Part shown: positions 47,593 through 56,939 of the stretch, one piece after another
How the letters are laid out: each line of letters starts with the position of its first letter
How positions within the stretch are numbered: the stretch's first letter is position 1
DNA from: a virus
DNA: 64,000 bases
Virus record (IMG/VR): IMGVR_UViG_3300013102_000032
Coordinates: 8,609-72,608 of that record
Strand: one strand, 5' to 3'
Made by a program: the position numbers and the translations under genes
The notes under the pieces: model-generated
What the model was told of the DNA's origin: nothing
The model's database searches: none
The model's input: the letters and a program-made list of their open reading frames with translations, nothing else

Positions 47593-49543
47593 GAGGTTCA
47601 TCAATATATTTATGAAGATTGTCTTCAATATATTGTTTACGTCCAGACAAATCATCTCCAAGAAGCATGTCGAAGTAATCCCTCATCTTCTCATCTGTAT
47701 CTGCTTGAATTTGAATTAGCTTACGAGTCTTAGGATTCATCGTTGTGTCCCACATCATTTTAGGTGTATTCTCACCTAGTCCTTTTGATCGTTGGATGTT
47801 AATTTTTCCTTTTAGATTTGCCACAATTTCATCTTTTTCTTTGTCATTGTAGGCAAAATATGATACATCGTCATTCTCAATCTCGTATAATGGAGATTCT
47901 ACAATGAATACCTTACCTTCATGAATAAGCGTAGGCATTAAGGCATATATAAGAGTTAGTATTAAAGTCCTAATATGGAATCCATCAACATCTGCATCTG
48001 TTGTGATAACAATCTTAGACCATCGTAATTTTTTGATATCAAACTCGCCAATGTCTTTAGTAAACTTAGACTTGACTTCTACTCCACATCCTAATAATTT
48101 AATAATGTCTAAGATTATCTCATTACTGAATATTCTACTATGGTCTGCTTTTAAACAGTTTAATATCTTACCACGAATAGCAAGAATAGCTTGTATGCGA
48201 CTATCTCTACCTTGTTGCGTAGATCCTAGAGCAGATTTACCCTCTACTATGTATAACTCTGTTTCTGAATTATCTTTTGACTTACAGTTTACAAAACCAT
48301 CTACACGATTAGTTAAATTATTAACTGTACCACCAAGCTTTTTCTTAACATTTAATCGTGTCTCTTCGGCTTTCTCGCGACTACGCTTATTAACAAGTAC
48401 TTGAGATAAAATCAATTTAGCCTCATTAGGATTTTCAATAAGATAGATTGACAATTGCTCACGTAGCCATTTAGTTATTTCTGTCTTCATGAAATCAGAA
48501 TCAATCTTCTTCTTAGTTTGGTCTGAGAATAAAGAAATTGTAGAAGCGGTACTTGAAATAATGATAAGACTGTCTGAGATATCTTCGAAAGTTACCTTCT
48601 TCTCATTCTTATTATATAAACCTTGGTCTTTTAAGAATTTATCAATTACAAATGTAAATGAGTTCTTAATAAAGTCTTCTGGTGTTCCGCCATTTTCTAA
48701 CCATGAAGTATTGTGATAATATCTATTAAATGAAGTTTCACGATTAAAGCTAAAATGAATATCTGCCTTAATCTTATAATCTTTATCCGACTCGTTATCC
48801 TTACCTCTTCGCTCAGTAGACAACGATATAACATCGGTTAAAATATGGTCTGCATTAGATAAAGACTTAATATAGTCAACGATACCGTTCTCATAGTAAA
48901 ACTCTATAGTTTCACCGTCTTTGGCATTTAATATAAATTTCAATCCACCATTTACAATAGCTTGGTCACTAAGAGTAGAAACAATAAAGTCGTCACTAAT
49001 TTCTCCTTTACCACGAAATACTTCTGTGCTAGGAATCCAAGTAATTTCAGTTCCATCCGCTTCACCAGTATCATTTTTCGATTCAGTGAATGATTTCTCT
49101 ACGCCTTTTTCATATTCAACTGTGTATTTCTTACCATCACGATATGATGTTACTTTGAAGAAGTCAGAAGTATAGTTAGTACCTGTAGCACCAACACCGT
49201 TTGTTCCTAAACTATACTCATAATTTCCACCGTCTTCATCATTGTTCTTGTATTTTCCACCTGCCCAAAGCTCATCGAATACCTTCTTGTAAGCAAATTC
49301 TCCGTCACTATTCTTACCCATAGGTACTCCACGACCAAAATCTCTTACAGTCGTAGAGCCATCGCTATTCTTAGTTACACGAATTTCATCGCCATATCCT
49401 GCACGACCTTCATCTATAGAGTTACCTCCAATCTCTAGAAATGTATGGTCATTACTTTCTAAACCAATCGAAGCAGGTTTCTCCCTTACTCCGCCTAATA
49501 TTCCTAGAGATTTCATGGAATCAGCATTATATTGTTTTGTCAT
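47585..49543 (-). CDS. Type IIA topoisomerase subunit B (GyrB/ParE-like)
   Basis: EIGGNSIDE, DFGRGVP, GTNGVG, VEGKSA, RGKILN, TDADVDG, RSKGLGE. Confidence 0.95.
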   Translation of the reverse strand: MTKQYNADSMKSLGILGGVREKPASIGLESNDHTFLEIGGNSIDEGRAGYGDEIRVTKNSDGSTTVRDFGRGVPMGKNSDGEFAYKKVFDELWAGGKYKNNDEDGGNYEYSLGTNGVGATGTNYTSDFFKVTSYRDGKKYTVEYEKGVEKSFTESKNDTGEADGTEITWIPSTEVFRGKGEISDDFIVSTLSDQAIVNGGLKFILNAKDGETIEFYYENGIVDYIKSLSNADHILTDVISLSTERRGKDNESDKDYKIKADIHFSFNRETSFNRYYHNTSWLENGGTPEDFIKNSFTFVIDKFLKDQGLYNKNEKKVTFEDISDSLIIISSTASTISLFSDQTKKKIDSDFMKTEITKWLREQLSIYLIENPNEAKLILSQVLVNKRSREKAEETRLNVKKKLGGTVNNLTNRVDGFVNCKSKDNSETELYIVEGKSALGSTQQGRDSRIQAILAIRGKILNCLKADHSRIFSNEIILDIIKLLGCGVEVKSKFTKDIGEFDIKKLRWSKIVITTDADVDGFHIRTLILTLIYALMPTLIHEGKVFIVESPLYEIENDDVSYFAYNDKEKDEIVANLKGKINIQRSKGLGENTPKMMWDTTMNPKTRKLIQIQADTDEKMRDYFDMLLGDDLSGRKQYIEDNLHKYIDEPLD

Positions 49544-49572
49544 TTATTCCACCCTTTCATTAACACTCTATA

Positions 49573-49601
49573 AGTATACCATTATATTATACACTTGTCA
49601 A
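49573..49601 (-). promoter_or_regulatory. sigmaA-type promoter
   Basis: TTGACA-17-TATACT with ATAATGG; -35 lies in the last codons of the upstream gene. Confidence 0.75.
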
Positions 49602-50324
49602 CATCTTTCTCTTAATGAGTCTCATGATGCTATTTTCAATCGTTTCTTTTAATTCAAGATTCAACGATTGTTCTCCATACTTCTTGCCTAACGGTAGGAA
49701 TGTATGTTCATAGTAATCTTTAGCAAGTTCTTCATATTCACCTCTAGTAAGCTCTCCGTTTCTAATCGCAGACATAAATCTTAATTCGCTACCAAAGTAT
49801 CTAATGCTACCTTCAAAGTCTTCAAAATTAGTCGATTCAAATTTCACTATAGTCTTCATCGATCTAAAAGCATGAAGGGCTTGTTTAGTATCATATCCAT
49901 ACTTGTCTACTAGATGTTGAGTTCCCTCTGTACCTTTGCCAATGGCATTAAATTTGTTAAAATACATTCCCTTACACGCATTGAATAGGTGTGGTAGGTT
50001 CATCTTATATATATCCTTTTTTAATCTAACAAGATTGAGAATTTCAATGTTGCCACTAGGGATATACAAATCATCAGAAGCTAATACTTCTAGGTAGTTA
50101 ATATTCGCCTTGAAAAACAAATCACTTAACTTTCGAATGTCATGAATATCGTTATCTTCTGTTGGTGTTATAATTGACTTAGCATACCTTTGTCCCAAGT
50201 ATAATTCCTCAAACGTAGGAAGTACGAAAACCTTGTAATCCTTATCTGACTCTTCATTAGCTAAGTTGTAGTTATGTGAGCCAACCAATGCTTTTAACAC
50301 TATATCTCGTCCGTTTATTTTCAT
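49587..50324 (-). CDS. Nucleotidyltransferase (Nuc-transf/RlaP-like)
   Basis: LVGSHNYNLANEESDKD, KANINYLEVL, GYDTKQALHAFR, IRNG. Confidence 0.82.
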   Translation of the reverse strand: MKINGRDIVLKALVGSHNYNLANEESDKDYKVFVLPTFEELYLGQRYAKSIITPTEDNDIHDIRKLSDLFFKANINYLEVLASDDLYIPSGNIEILNLVRLKKDIYKMNLPHLFNACKGMYFNKFNAIGKGTEGTQHLVDKYGYDTKQALHAFRSMKTIVKFESTNFEDFEGSIRYFGSELRFMSAIRNGELTRGEYEELAKDYYEHTFLPLGKKYGEQSLNLELKETIENSIMRLIKRKMLTSV

Positions 50325-50348
50325 GCTATCATCTCCTTTTATTCTATT

Positions 50349-50377
50349 AATATATCATTATTTTTTACTGTTGTCAA
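50349..50377 (-). promoter_or_regulatory. sigmaA-type promoter
   Basis: TTGACA-17-TATATT with AATAATGA. Confidence 0.7.
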
Positions 50378-50400
50378 TAGGCAAAATAAAAAGCAACCAA

Positions 50401-50616
50401 TTATGATTGCCAACTCTCTCTATCTACTACTCCATCATGTACGATATATGGGTCTGGGTCGCCCTTTACCCACACATCGAAATCCATTGTATCTCTAAAA
50501 GCAATCTTAGTCCAATCTCCACCATACCATTTTCTAAACCATGCTAACTGAGTAAATCCGTACATATCTAATTTATAAACAAACTCTTTTAGTTTTCTAT
50601 TTTTCAAAATAGTCAC
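50401..50616 (-). CDS. Hypothetical Trp-rich protein
   Basis: WFRKWYGGDW motif; short ORF. Confidence 0.5.
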   Translation of the reverse strand: MTILKNRKLKEFVYKLDMYGFTQLAWFRKWYGGDWTKIAFRDTMDFDVWVKGDPDPYIVHDGVVDRESWQS

Positions 50617-50627
50617 TCCTAGCCTTA

Positions 50628-51530
50628 TTAATATCTGTCAATTAATTCAAAATTATCTAAATCTTCATACATAACTGTTTTATTAAGTCCTCCAGACACA
50701 TAAGAATCACTATTTCTATACAGTATAGGCTCTAGCCAACAACCGCCTAATTTATTTATAAATCGTAAAGCATAATCTTTGCCTTCTATATTGAATATAT
50801 CACCTTCTCTATAATCGATAGGTGTAACGGTTTTGAATCCTAAGTTTCTAGCTTCATTAATATCAAAGCTCTCATCTAAATGCATACAATAAACCCTATC
50901 TCTAACGCTCTTATCTACTAATTCATCTAACTTTCTTAAAGATAGATGTACATTTCCTTCGTAATCAGCTTTGCAAGTATCTTGATAGAAATAGTCATAC
51001 CATCCACCTTTTAATAACTCTAAAACATTACTAGGAATCTCATTTGAATCTCCGCTATAATAACCATTATCGCCTTTAAAAGAAATGCCATATCCATAAC
51101 ATGTAAGCTCTGGTACATGATTAACTTTTAGAGCACTTATTAATAAACGCTCTCCATTCATATCAATATTTGCAAAAACATCCATTCTTACAAAGTTATA
51201 TAATTCACCTCTAACTCCCATTGCTTTTAATGTAATCATAACATTAACATCTTTCGGAGCTAAGACGGTTAAACATGGTTTCATTATTTCACCCATAGAG
51301 TAATAACTGTAGAAGATCAAATCTCCCAATGAGCCTACGTGATCTGGATGAGTATGCGTAATCAGTACATAGATTTTTTCTACGCCATCTAATAAGTTCA
51401 TCTTTCTAATTCTGTCAAAAGTATTACTTCCGCAATCGATCAGAAATAATGTACTTCCATCTTTTATGTATGCACTATTATTTCCAAGCTCTGTATTAAA
51501 CGCACTTCCATATCCTATAAACTTCAACAT
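50628..51530 (-). CDS. Metallo-beta-lactamase-fold hydrolase, Apyc1-like
   Basis: G.GSAF...NNSA...LIDCG...ITHTHPDH...HV...YSGD...VHLS...MH; same motif order as the anti-Pycsar phosphodiesterase Apyc1. Confidence 0.8.
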   Translation of the reverse strand: MLKFIGYGSAFNTELGNNSAYIKDGSTLFLIDCGSNTFDRIRKMNLLDGVEKIYVLITHTHPDHVGSLGDLIFYSYYSMGEIMKPCLTVLAPKDVNVMITLKAMGVRGELYNFVRMDVFANIDMNGERLLISALKVNHVPELTCYGYGISFKGDNGYYSGDSNEIPSNVLELLKGGWYDYFYQDTCKADYEGNVHLSLRKLDELVDKSVRDRVYCMHLDESFDINEARNLGFKTVTPIDYREGDIFNIEGKDYALRFINKLGGCWLEPILYRNSDSYVSGGLNKTVMYEDLDNFELIDRY

Positions 51531-51649
51531 TTTACCATTCTCCTTTTTGTATAAAACATTATTTCATTACATATAATATCAATACGAACTAGAGCTGAAA
51601 GCAATCTTGGGAAAGGGTTGTTTGATTTCAGCCATCTTAGGCTCTAGTT

Positions 51650-51796
51650 TCATTTTCTTGCTGTTTGGATGAATCTTCTCACTAGTCCATCTTTAGAGTC
51701 TATATCTACCTTCTTTGCATTATGAGGCTTAATATCCTTGTAATGCTTTAATTTTTCTTCGGCTCTTTTAATTAATTCATCTTTATTCAAATTCAT
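51650..51796 (-). CDS. Small basic protein (not in ORF track)
   Basis: 48 aa MNLNKDELIKRAEEKLKHYK...; AGAGGTG RBS. Confidence 0.45.
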   Translation of the reverse strand: MNLNKDELIKRAEEKLKHYKDIKPHNAKKVDIDSKDGLVRRFIQTARK

Positions 51797-51843
51797 CACC
51801 TCTTAACTGATTTTAAAATCCACTATTACTGAGGTGCGTAAAA

Positions 51844-51960
51844 ATGCCGTCATGGCTATACCAACACTTTATAAACACTCCGTTATTTCCTGCACTTTGT
51901 TTTATAACAATCGCAATGTTTCTTGTTTATATGATAAAGTCAAAAAATACAAATGACTAA
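51844..51960 (+). CDS. 38-aa hydrophobic peptide, type I toxin-like (not in ORF track)
   Basis: GAGGTG RBS; MPSWLYQHFINTPLFPALCFITIAMFLVYMIKSKNTND; followed by hairpin 51962-51991. Confidence 0.55.
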   Translation: MPSWLYQHFINTPLFPALCFITIAMFLVYMIKSKNTND

Positions 51961-51988
51961 GTAGTTCGCAGTTTGGTCGAAAGGCGAA

Positions 51989-52249
51989 CTAATCTTTTTT
52001 CATTACAATTTCTAATCTATATCCTAATGCTTCTGCTAATTTATATAACGTTGAAAATGAAGGAATGTCTACACCGTTCTCAATTCTTGAAATAGTCTTT
52101 TGTGCCACAGTTGATAGTTCTGATAGTTTTCTTTGAGATATACCTTTTTCTGTTCTTATATCTATGATTTCACCAACAAGTTCAAGTTTTGCGTATAGTT
52201 CGCCATCAGTGTTTTTTAAAGCTTCTTTGATTTCTTCAAAAGTGCTCAT
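51989..52249 (-). CDS. XRE-family HTH protein (HigA-like)
   Basis: IRTEKGISQRKLSELSTVAQKTISRIENG...TLYKLAEALG; start reassigned after AAGGAG. Confidence 0.85.
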   Translation of the reverse strand: MSTFEEIKEALKNTDGELYAKLELVGEIIDIRTEKGISQRKLSELSTVAQKTISRIENGVDIPSFSTLYKLAEALGYRLEIVMKKD

Positions 52250-52296
52250 GAAATATTCACTCCTTCGTAGTTTGTGTCTACTGTGCAATACGATTG

Positions 52297-52314
52297 ATAA
52301 AATTGATGTTTTAT
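52297..52314. repeat. Palindromic junction element (G)ATAAAA-TTGATG-TTTTAT(C)
   Basis: Perfect 7-bp arms upstream of the XRE gene. Confidence 0.7.
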
Positions 52315-52324
52315 CCATTTACAA

Positions 52325-52373
52325 ACACAACATATAGTGTGTCAATCGGTATATCATACACTATATGTTGTGT
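52325..52373. promoter_or_regulatory. Pair of NrdR-box-like sites in inverted repeat
   Basis: ACACAACATATAGTGT and ACACTATATGTTGTGT match the NrdR consensus acaCwAtATaTwGtgt; starts 33 bp apart. Confidence 0.55.
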
Positions 52374-52379
52374 TTTGAC

Positions 52380-52667
52380 TCAACCAATATGTAAATCCCA
52401 ATAATCATACGCATCTTCGATTAATTTAACCAAATCTTTATCTGGTTCACTATACCATATTCCATAATCGACAAATAATCTATGATAGAATATTGTAGCC
52501 GACCTTCTATAACTTCCCTTGCGGATATAAGTCTCACCATTACCCATACGACAGAAGTAATAATCCTTCCATCTAAACCAAGTTTCACCATTTCTCCCTA
52601 ATACTTCTTCGTGAGGCAGATATGTCATTAGCCTTACGATTCCACTATAGTCTAGCTTCATTGCCAT
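52380..52667 (-). CDS. Hypothetical protein
   Basis: ORF with GGAG RBS. Confidence 0.55.
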   Translation of the reverse strand: MAMKLDYSGIVRLMTYLPHEEVLGRNGETWFRWKDYYFCRMGNGETYIRKGSYRRSATIFYHRLFVDYGIWYSEPDKDLVKLIEDAYDYWDLHIG

Positions 52668-52982
52668 TTATATCCGCTCCTTGTTAGCCATTTTCTTATA
52701 AAGATAAGGGTATTTCTTTCTCAAAATAAATTCCTTTACTGTTCTGGTGGTGCGTGGATATATATCTTTAAAGTATATAATAAGAAACATAAGTGTGAAA
52801 ATCATAGTTAATATAAATGGTGCTAGTATTGATACTGGCGTTCCCAAGCTCATTATAAACCATGTCAAACCTATGAATACTGGATACATCTTGAAGAAAT
52901 CTCTCACATACTTAAACTTTCTAATGTCATAGTATAATGCGTATGAGTAGTGTTTTAGTTTTGCTATCATGTTTTCTCTCAC
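52668..52982 (-). CDS. Membrane protein
   Basis: Two TM segments. Confidence 0.55.
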   Translation of the reverse strand: MRENMIAKLKHYSYALYYDIRKFKYVRDFFKMYPVFIGLTWFIMSLGTPVSILAPFILTMIFTLMFLIIYFKDIYPRTTRTVKEFILRKKYPYLYKKMANKERI

Positions 52983-53000
52983 TCCTTATCATCTATATAT

Positions 53001-53029
53001 AGTATACCATTATTTTTATCGTTTGTCAA
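53001..53029 (-). promoter_or_regulatory. sigmaA-type promoter
   Basis: TTGACA-17-TATACT with AATAATGG. Confidence 0.75.
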
Positions 53030-53032
53030 CAG

Positions 53033-54805
53033 TTAATTTTCATCTTCGGATAATTGAAAGCCTTCTAGTATCTTATTCTCTTCCATATCTATATAAAAAT
53101 AAATGTCAGTATCTCTAAGTCTATATAAACCTACAATACCAACATTATCATATCCTACTTCATCGCCATTCCAATCCGATGACCATAGCAAATCTTTATT
53201 AAATTCTAATACAATTGTCATAAATTTGCTTCCTCATCAAGTGTTTCAGCATTGTCTTTCATGTATTTGGACAACTTTTTGTATCCATCTGTATTTATAT
53301 CTTCTGAAAACCCTCTGAAACCAACTCTTGCAGGATATACATTTGTTATTTCTGTTACTTGACCACCTTTGCCATCTGGACACCTTACCTCTTCCACAAC
53401 TAAAGCCCATCCAAACGCATGTAATGTTGTATTTATAAACCAAAATAATCCTGTGTCTCTAAACTCTTGCCATGATTTTTCTTCCATCATATTTTTCACT
53501 CCTTATTCATATCCTACAATCTCTGTTTTGATCTTTGGATTCATCTGCCTTGCGGTATATCCTATACTATTACAAACATCGCAATCGCTATTTAAAGGTT
53601 GTAAATCTTCTGCCCATCCGCTATCTGGAAGACCTCTAGGATACATGTTTATAATTTTGGTAGTAAATCCAAAACCTTGACACTTAGGGCATTCAAATTT
53701 ATTTATACCCTTCTTTTTCTTAATAATCTCTTCTATTTGTATATTTCCATATTGCTCCATCAAAATCTCTAGGTCACGTATCCTCATGATATACCTCCTA
53801 TGTGAATCTTAAATACAATCTTTCTTCGTTACGGTACACTTGTACATCTCCTATATCAACTACTGTTTCAATGTATTTTCCACCATAATCTTCGCCAATA
53901 TCAGTTCGAATTTCAATATCTCCGCTTAAAAACATTTCTTTAAGAGCCTTCTTCAACTGTTCTTCAAAATTCAATATCAACACCTCTTATTTTATAGAAT
54001 TTTACTAATCTTTAATAGTATCTCTTTTCAATTTTAATATAATCATATTCAACTTCATCTTCTTTTGAAAGTTTAACATGTAGTGCAATTTCTGTTTCAT
54101 TTGGATAAAAATCGAAAGGAATAGACTCTTCTACAATTCCTTTTCCGATAAATTTATTTCGCCAATGTCCACCAATAAGCATGTCTATAAATATATTTCC
54201 GTAATAACAGATTACAAATTTCTCCTTCAAATTTATTCCTCCTAGTTAAAATGAGAATTTTATTCATCTATTCTTAATTCTAATGCTTGCCTCCAACAGT
54301 TATAACATTGTAAAGATTGTGCTTGCCATCCATGCACATCTTCCTTTTCACACAATCCTTCAAAATCATCAAGTCCAAAGTTCATTGGACACCCTGCTAA
54401 AATTGATAAGTCACCATTTTTAATATCTTTCTCATTATCTAAACAGTTCTGTAAATGTTCAATATCATGAGTTTTAATAGTCTCGCAATAATTTAGAATA
54501 ACATCTTTTCCTGTTTTCATATCTTCACCCCTTATTAAAATAGAAGTTTTATCAATTTATCGTCTTATGTATTCTTGTCTTCCACTAGCGTAGTATTTTA
54601 CTTCTTTATACATAGGGTCATCTAGTTTTTCTACTCTCAAAACTATATTATCTTTATGCCTGTCTCTATTAACAATTGCTTGACAAGGGTTCTCTTTGGT
54701 GCAAGTGCATTTTGATTTATTCACATACCCTTGCCCACCTTCTTTTGCATAGCAGAATTTATTTTCTTTTACTATTTTTTGTATCATATCAAGTATCTCG
54801 CTCAT
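53033..54805 (-). CDS. Run of seven small hypothetical genes (53033-53221, 53218-53499, 53503-53787, 53798-53983, 54012-54230, 54260-54520, 54557-54805)
   Basis: Tightly packed co-oriented ORFs with RBSs; 53503-53787 has a CxxCxGxG zinc motif. Confidence 0.6.
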
Positions 54806-55608
54806 AGCTTTCCTCCTTTATAAAACTCGCATTTTATCTATTAACTTTTACTAATTTTTCACTAGATTTTGTTATCGCCTTATGGCTCAAGTTAGAATTA
54901 TGCACTTTTTCCCATAGAATTTCATGCTCAACATACTGTGGTATATCACATTCAGAAACTAGCACAACATTATTTTTACTCATTTCTTTGCACCAATTCC
55001 AAAAATCTTCATGATTAAAATCATCACTATCATATCTGGTACTTTTTTGAGTTGTATTTGCATATGGTGGGTCACAATATAATACAGCATTTTTAATATC
55101 AGAATAGTCACGATAATCTTTGCAAGTAAATTCAACATCTATTAAATTACTCATCTGTTTTATGGTTTTTTCGATACTACCCTCTATATGATTATCATAT
55201 CTACTTCTCGCAAATCCTCCCCACCATTTGCCACCATATGAATAGTGAAATCCAACTAATCCCACAAGATACTTTGGTAAATTGTTCTGATTATTTTTAA
55301 CATAAGTATAATACTCTTTTGTAAATTGTAATTTATTTGGTTGCCAACCGCTCTGTAATTCTTTCCACATTTCTATTAAGAATGAATGACTGTCATTAGC
55401 AATTCTATTCTTTGTATTGTCAATTTTGTCAATAATATTGCACCCACCACAAAACAAGTCTATAAAAATCGTTTTATCATCTTTGATATAGGATTTTATT
55501 ATAGGTGTAATATGTTTTGAGAGTCTAATTTTACCACCCAAATACCACAAATATATCAACCTCTTCTAATATTATTATTTATTACAATAGATAAAATGGA
55601 AACTTTAT
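54246..55608. repeat. Four consecutive junction elements at 54246-54263, 54535-54552, 54820-54837, 55591-55608
   Basis: Spacers TGAGAA, TAGAAG, CTCGCA, TGGAAA; three contain the upstream stop codon; last has one arm mismatch. Confidence 0.8.
54834..55559 (-). CDS. DNA adenine methyltransferase (Dam/D12 class)
   Basis: YLGGK, DLFCGG, AND, YCDPPY. Confidence 0.9.
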   Translation of the reverse strand: MIYLWYLGGKIRLSKHITPIIKSYIKDDKTIFIDLFCGGCNIIDKIDNTKNRIANDSHSFLIEMWKELQSGWQPNKLQFTKEYYTYVKNNQNNLPKYLVGLVGFHYSYGGKWWGGFARSRYDNHIEGSIEKTIKQMSNLIDVEFTCKDYRDYSDIKNAVLYCDPPYANTTQKSTRYDSDDFNHEDFWNWCKEMSKNNVVLVSECDIPQYVEHEILWEKVHNSNLSHKAITKSSEKLVKVNR

Positions 55609-55865
55609 CTATCTTTATAATACTCTCTCTCCAACTCTAAGACTGCTTGATACTGCTTATTTTGTAACTTTCTTAAATCTTGCGAGTCTGCATAGTGACT
55701 ATGGAATGTAACTCTGCCTAATGTTTCTTCAGTAGCTCCATATGCATATTGATAGCTATATTTATGATGTTCATCCTCGCATTTCGCATATTCTTCGCAC
55801 AATATATGTTCCATATAGTCATCGCTATATTCTTTTACTTCATTATCGCAAATTGGACACTTCAT
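55605..55865 (-). CDS. Hypothetical zinc-binding protein
   Basis: CPIC...C..H; stop inside junction element. Confidence 0.55.
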   Translation of the reverse strand: MKCPICDNEVKEYSDDYMEHILCEEYAKCEDEHHKYSYQYAYGATEETLGRVTFHSHYADSQDLRKLQNKQYQAVLELEREYYKDR

Positions 55866-55897
55866 GCTATCACCCCTGTATAAATTTGAAATTTATC

Positions 55898-56083
55898 CTA
55901 CTTAAGTTCCGCATCAATGTCGTCATCATTTAGAAATTCACACAATATTTCCATGCTATTACTATTCTTAACTACGTCCCAAGCGAGTCCTTCATATCCA
56001 AATTCATATTCCAAAACTTCAATAGCTTTATGAAAACTATAAAATTCATATTCGCCAAAATTAACGATCAACTTTCTACCCAT
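55898..56083 (-). CDS. Small acidic protein
   Basis: Start reassigned to MGRK after AAGGAGG. Confidence 0.55.
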   Translation of the reverse strand: MGRKLIVNFGEYEFYSFHKAIEVLEYEFGYEGLAWDVVKNSNSMEILCEFLNDDDIDAELK

Positions 56084-56096
56084 AATTAATTCCTCC

Positions 56097-56924
56097 TTAA
56101 ATTTCAAAAGTTTTAATACCAAATGACTTATATGTGTCTATACTTCCATCTGGAATAGTATTTCTATTTGGATAATTATCATAATGTTGCGGATAACCTA
56201 TAGCATTCATATGAAAATTAACTCCTGCCTTGTTAAATTGACGTTGCATATGGTCGTGACCACATATCCAATTGTTAGCATTTATAAATGGCACATCTAC
56301 CATATAGCAAGTATTCGGATCGAATGGAGATAATGGATTGTGAATAGGTGGCACATGAGACACAAATACATCTATATTAGTGCTTTCCAAGGTGTCATAC
56401 CAGTCCATCGATTCTTTCCACATTTTTCTAGTGGCATCCTCATTAGTGTATCCGTTAATCTTAATGTAATTAGAATCATTTGACACATTGTTGAAAAACT
56501 CCCAATCTTTCATTGTTTTAGGGAGATACCACATAACATCGCCTGCAAACACTTTTCCTTTGTAGATGTCAACGACTTTAGCTAGAGGAATTACATTTTC
56601 TATTTTGGAAGCTTCTTCGATTAATTCATTAACTCTACTAATCGAGTCACTATACTTACGTTGTTGATTCTTAGACAATAGATATAAGTCATGGTTTCCA
56701 TATGTGAAATACACTCTTTCGTATGATTTGGAAGCTTCTTCCAAAATCCATAAAGCTTGACAATTCCATTCTCCAAAATCGCCTGCAATAACCAGTACTT
56801 CGCCATTGCCGTTTTCAATCAATTTATTCGTCAAAGCTCTTGTTCGTTTCTCCCATTTTATCTGATTCTCTGTCCAAAGCATCCAGTGATTAAAATGCAA
56901 ATCACTAACGAAGTCTATCTTCAT
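56097..56924 (-). CDS. Calcineurin-like metallophosphoesterase
   Basis: SDLH, AGD, GNHD, SHVPP, CGHDH. Confidence 0.9.
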   Translation of the reverse strand: MKIDFVSDLHFNHWMLWTENQIKWEKRTRALTNKLIENGNGEVLVIAGDFGEWNCQALWILEEASKSYERVYFTYGNHDLYLLSKNQQRKYSDSISRVNELIEEASKIENVIPLAKVVDIYKGKVFAGDVMWYLPKTMKDWEFFNNVSNDSNYIKINGYTNEDATRKMWKESMDWYDTLESTNIDVFVSHVPPIHNPLSPFDPNTCYMVDVPFINANNWICGHDHMQRQFNKAGVNFHMNAIGYPQHYDNYPNRNTIPDGSIDTYKSFGIKTFEI

Positions 56925-56939
56925 GTTATCACCTTCATT

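Noticed and set aside
55880-55896. ATAAAT-TTGAA-ATTTAT(C) and similar at 51551 and 60150
   Set aside because: Spacer is shorter than 6 bp or arms mismatch; treated as possible degenerate copies and excluded from the count of 19.
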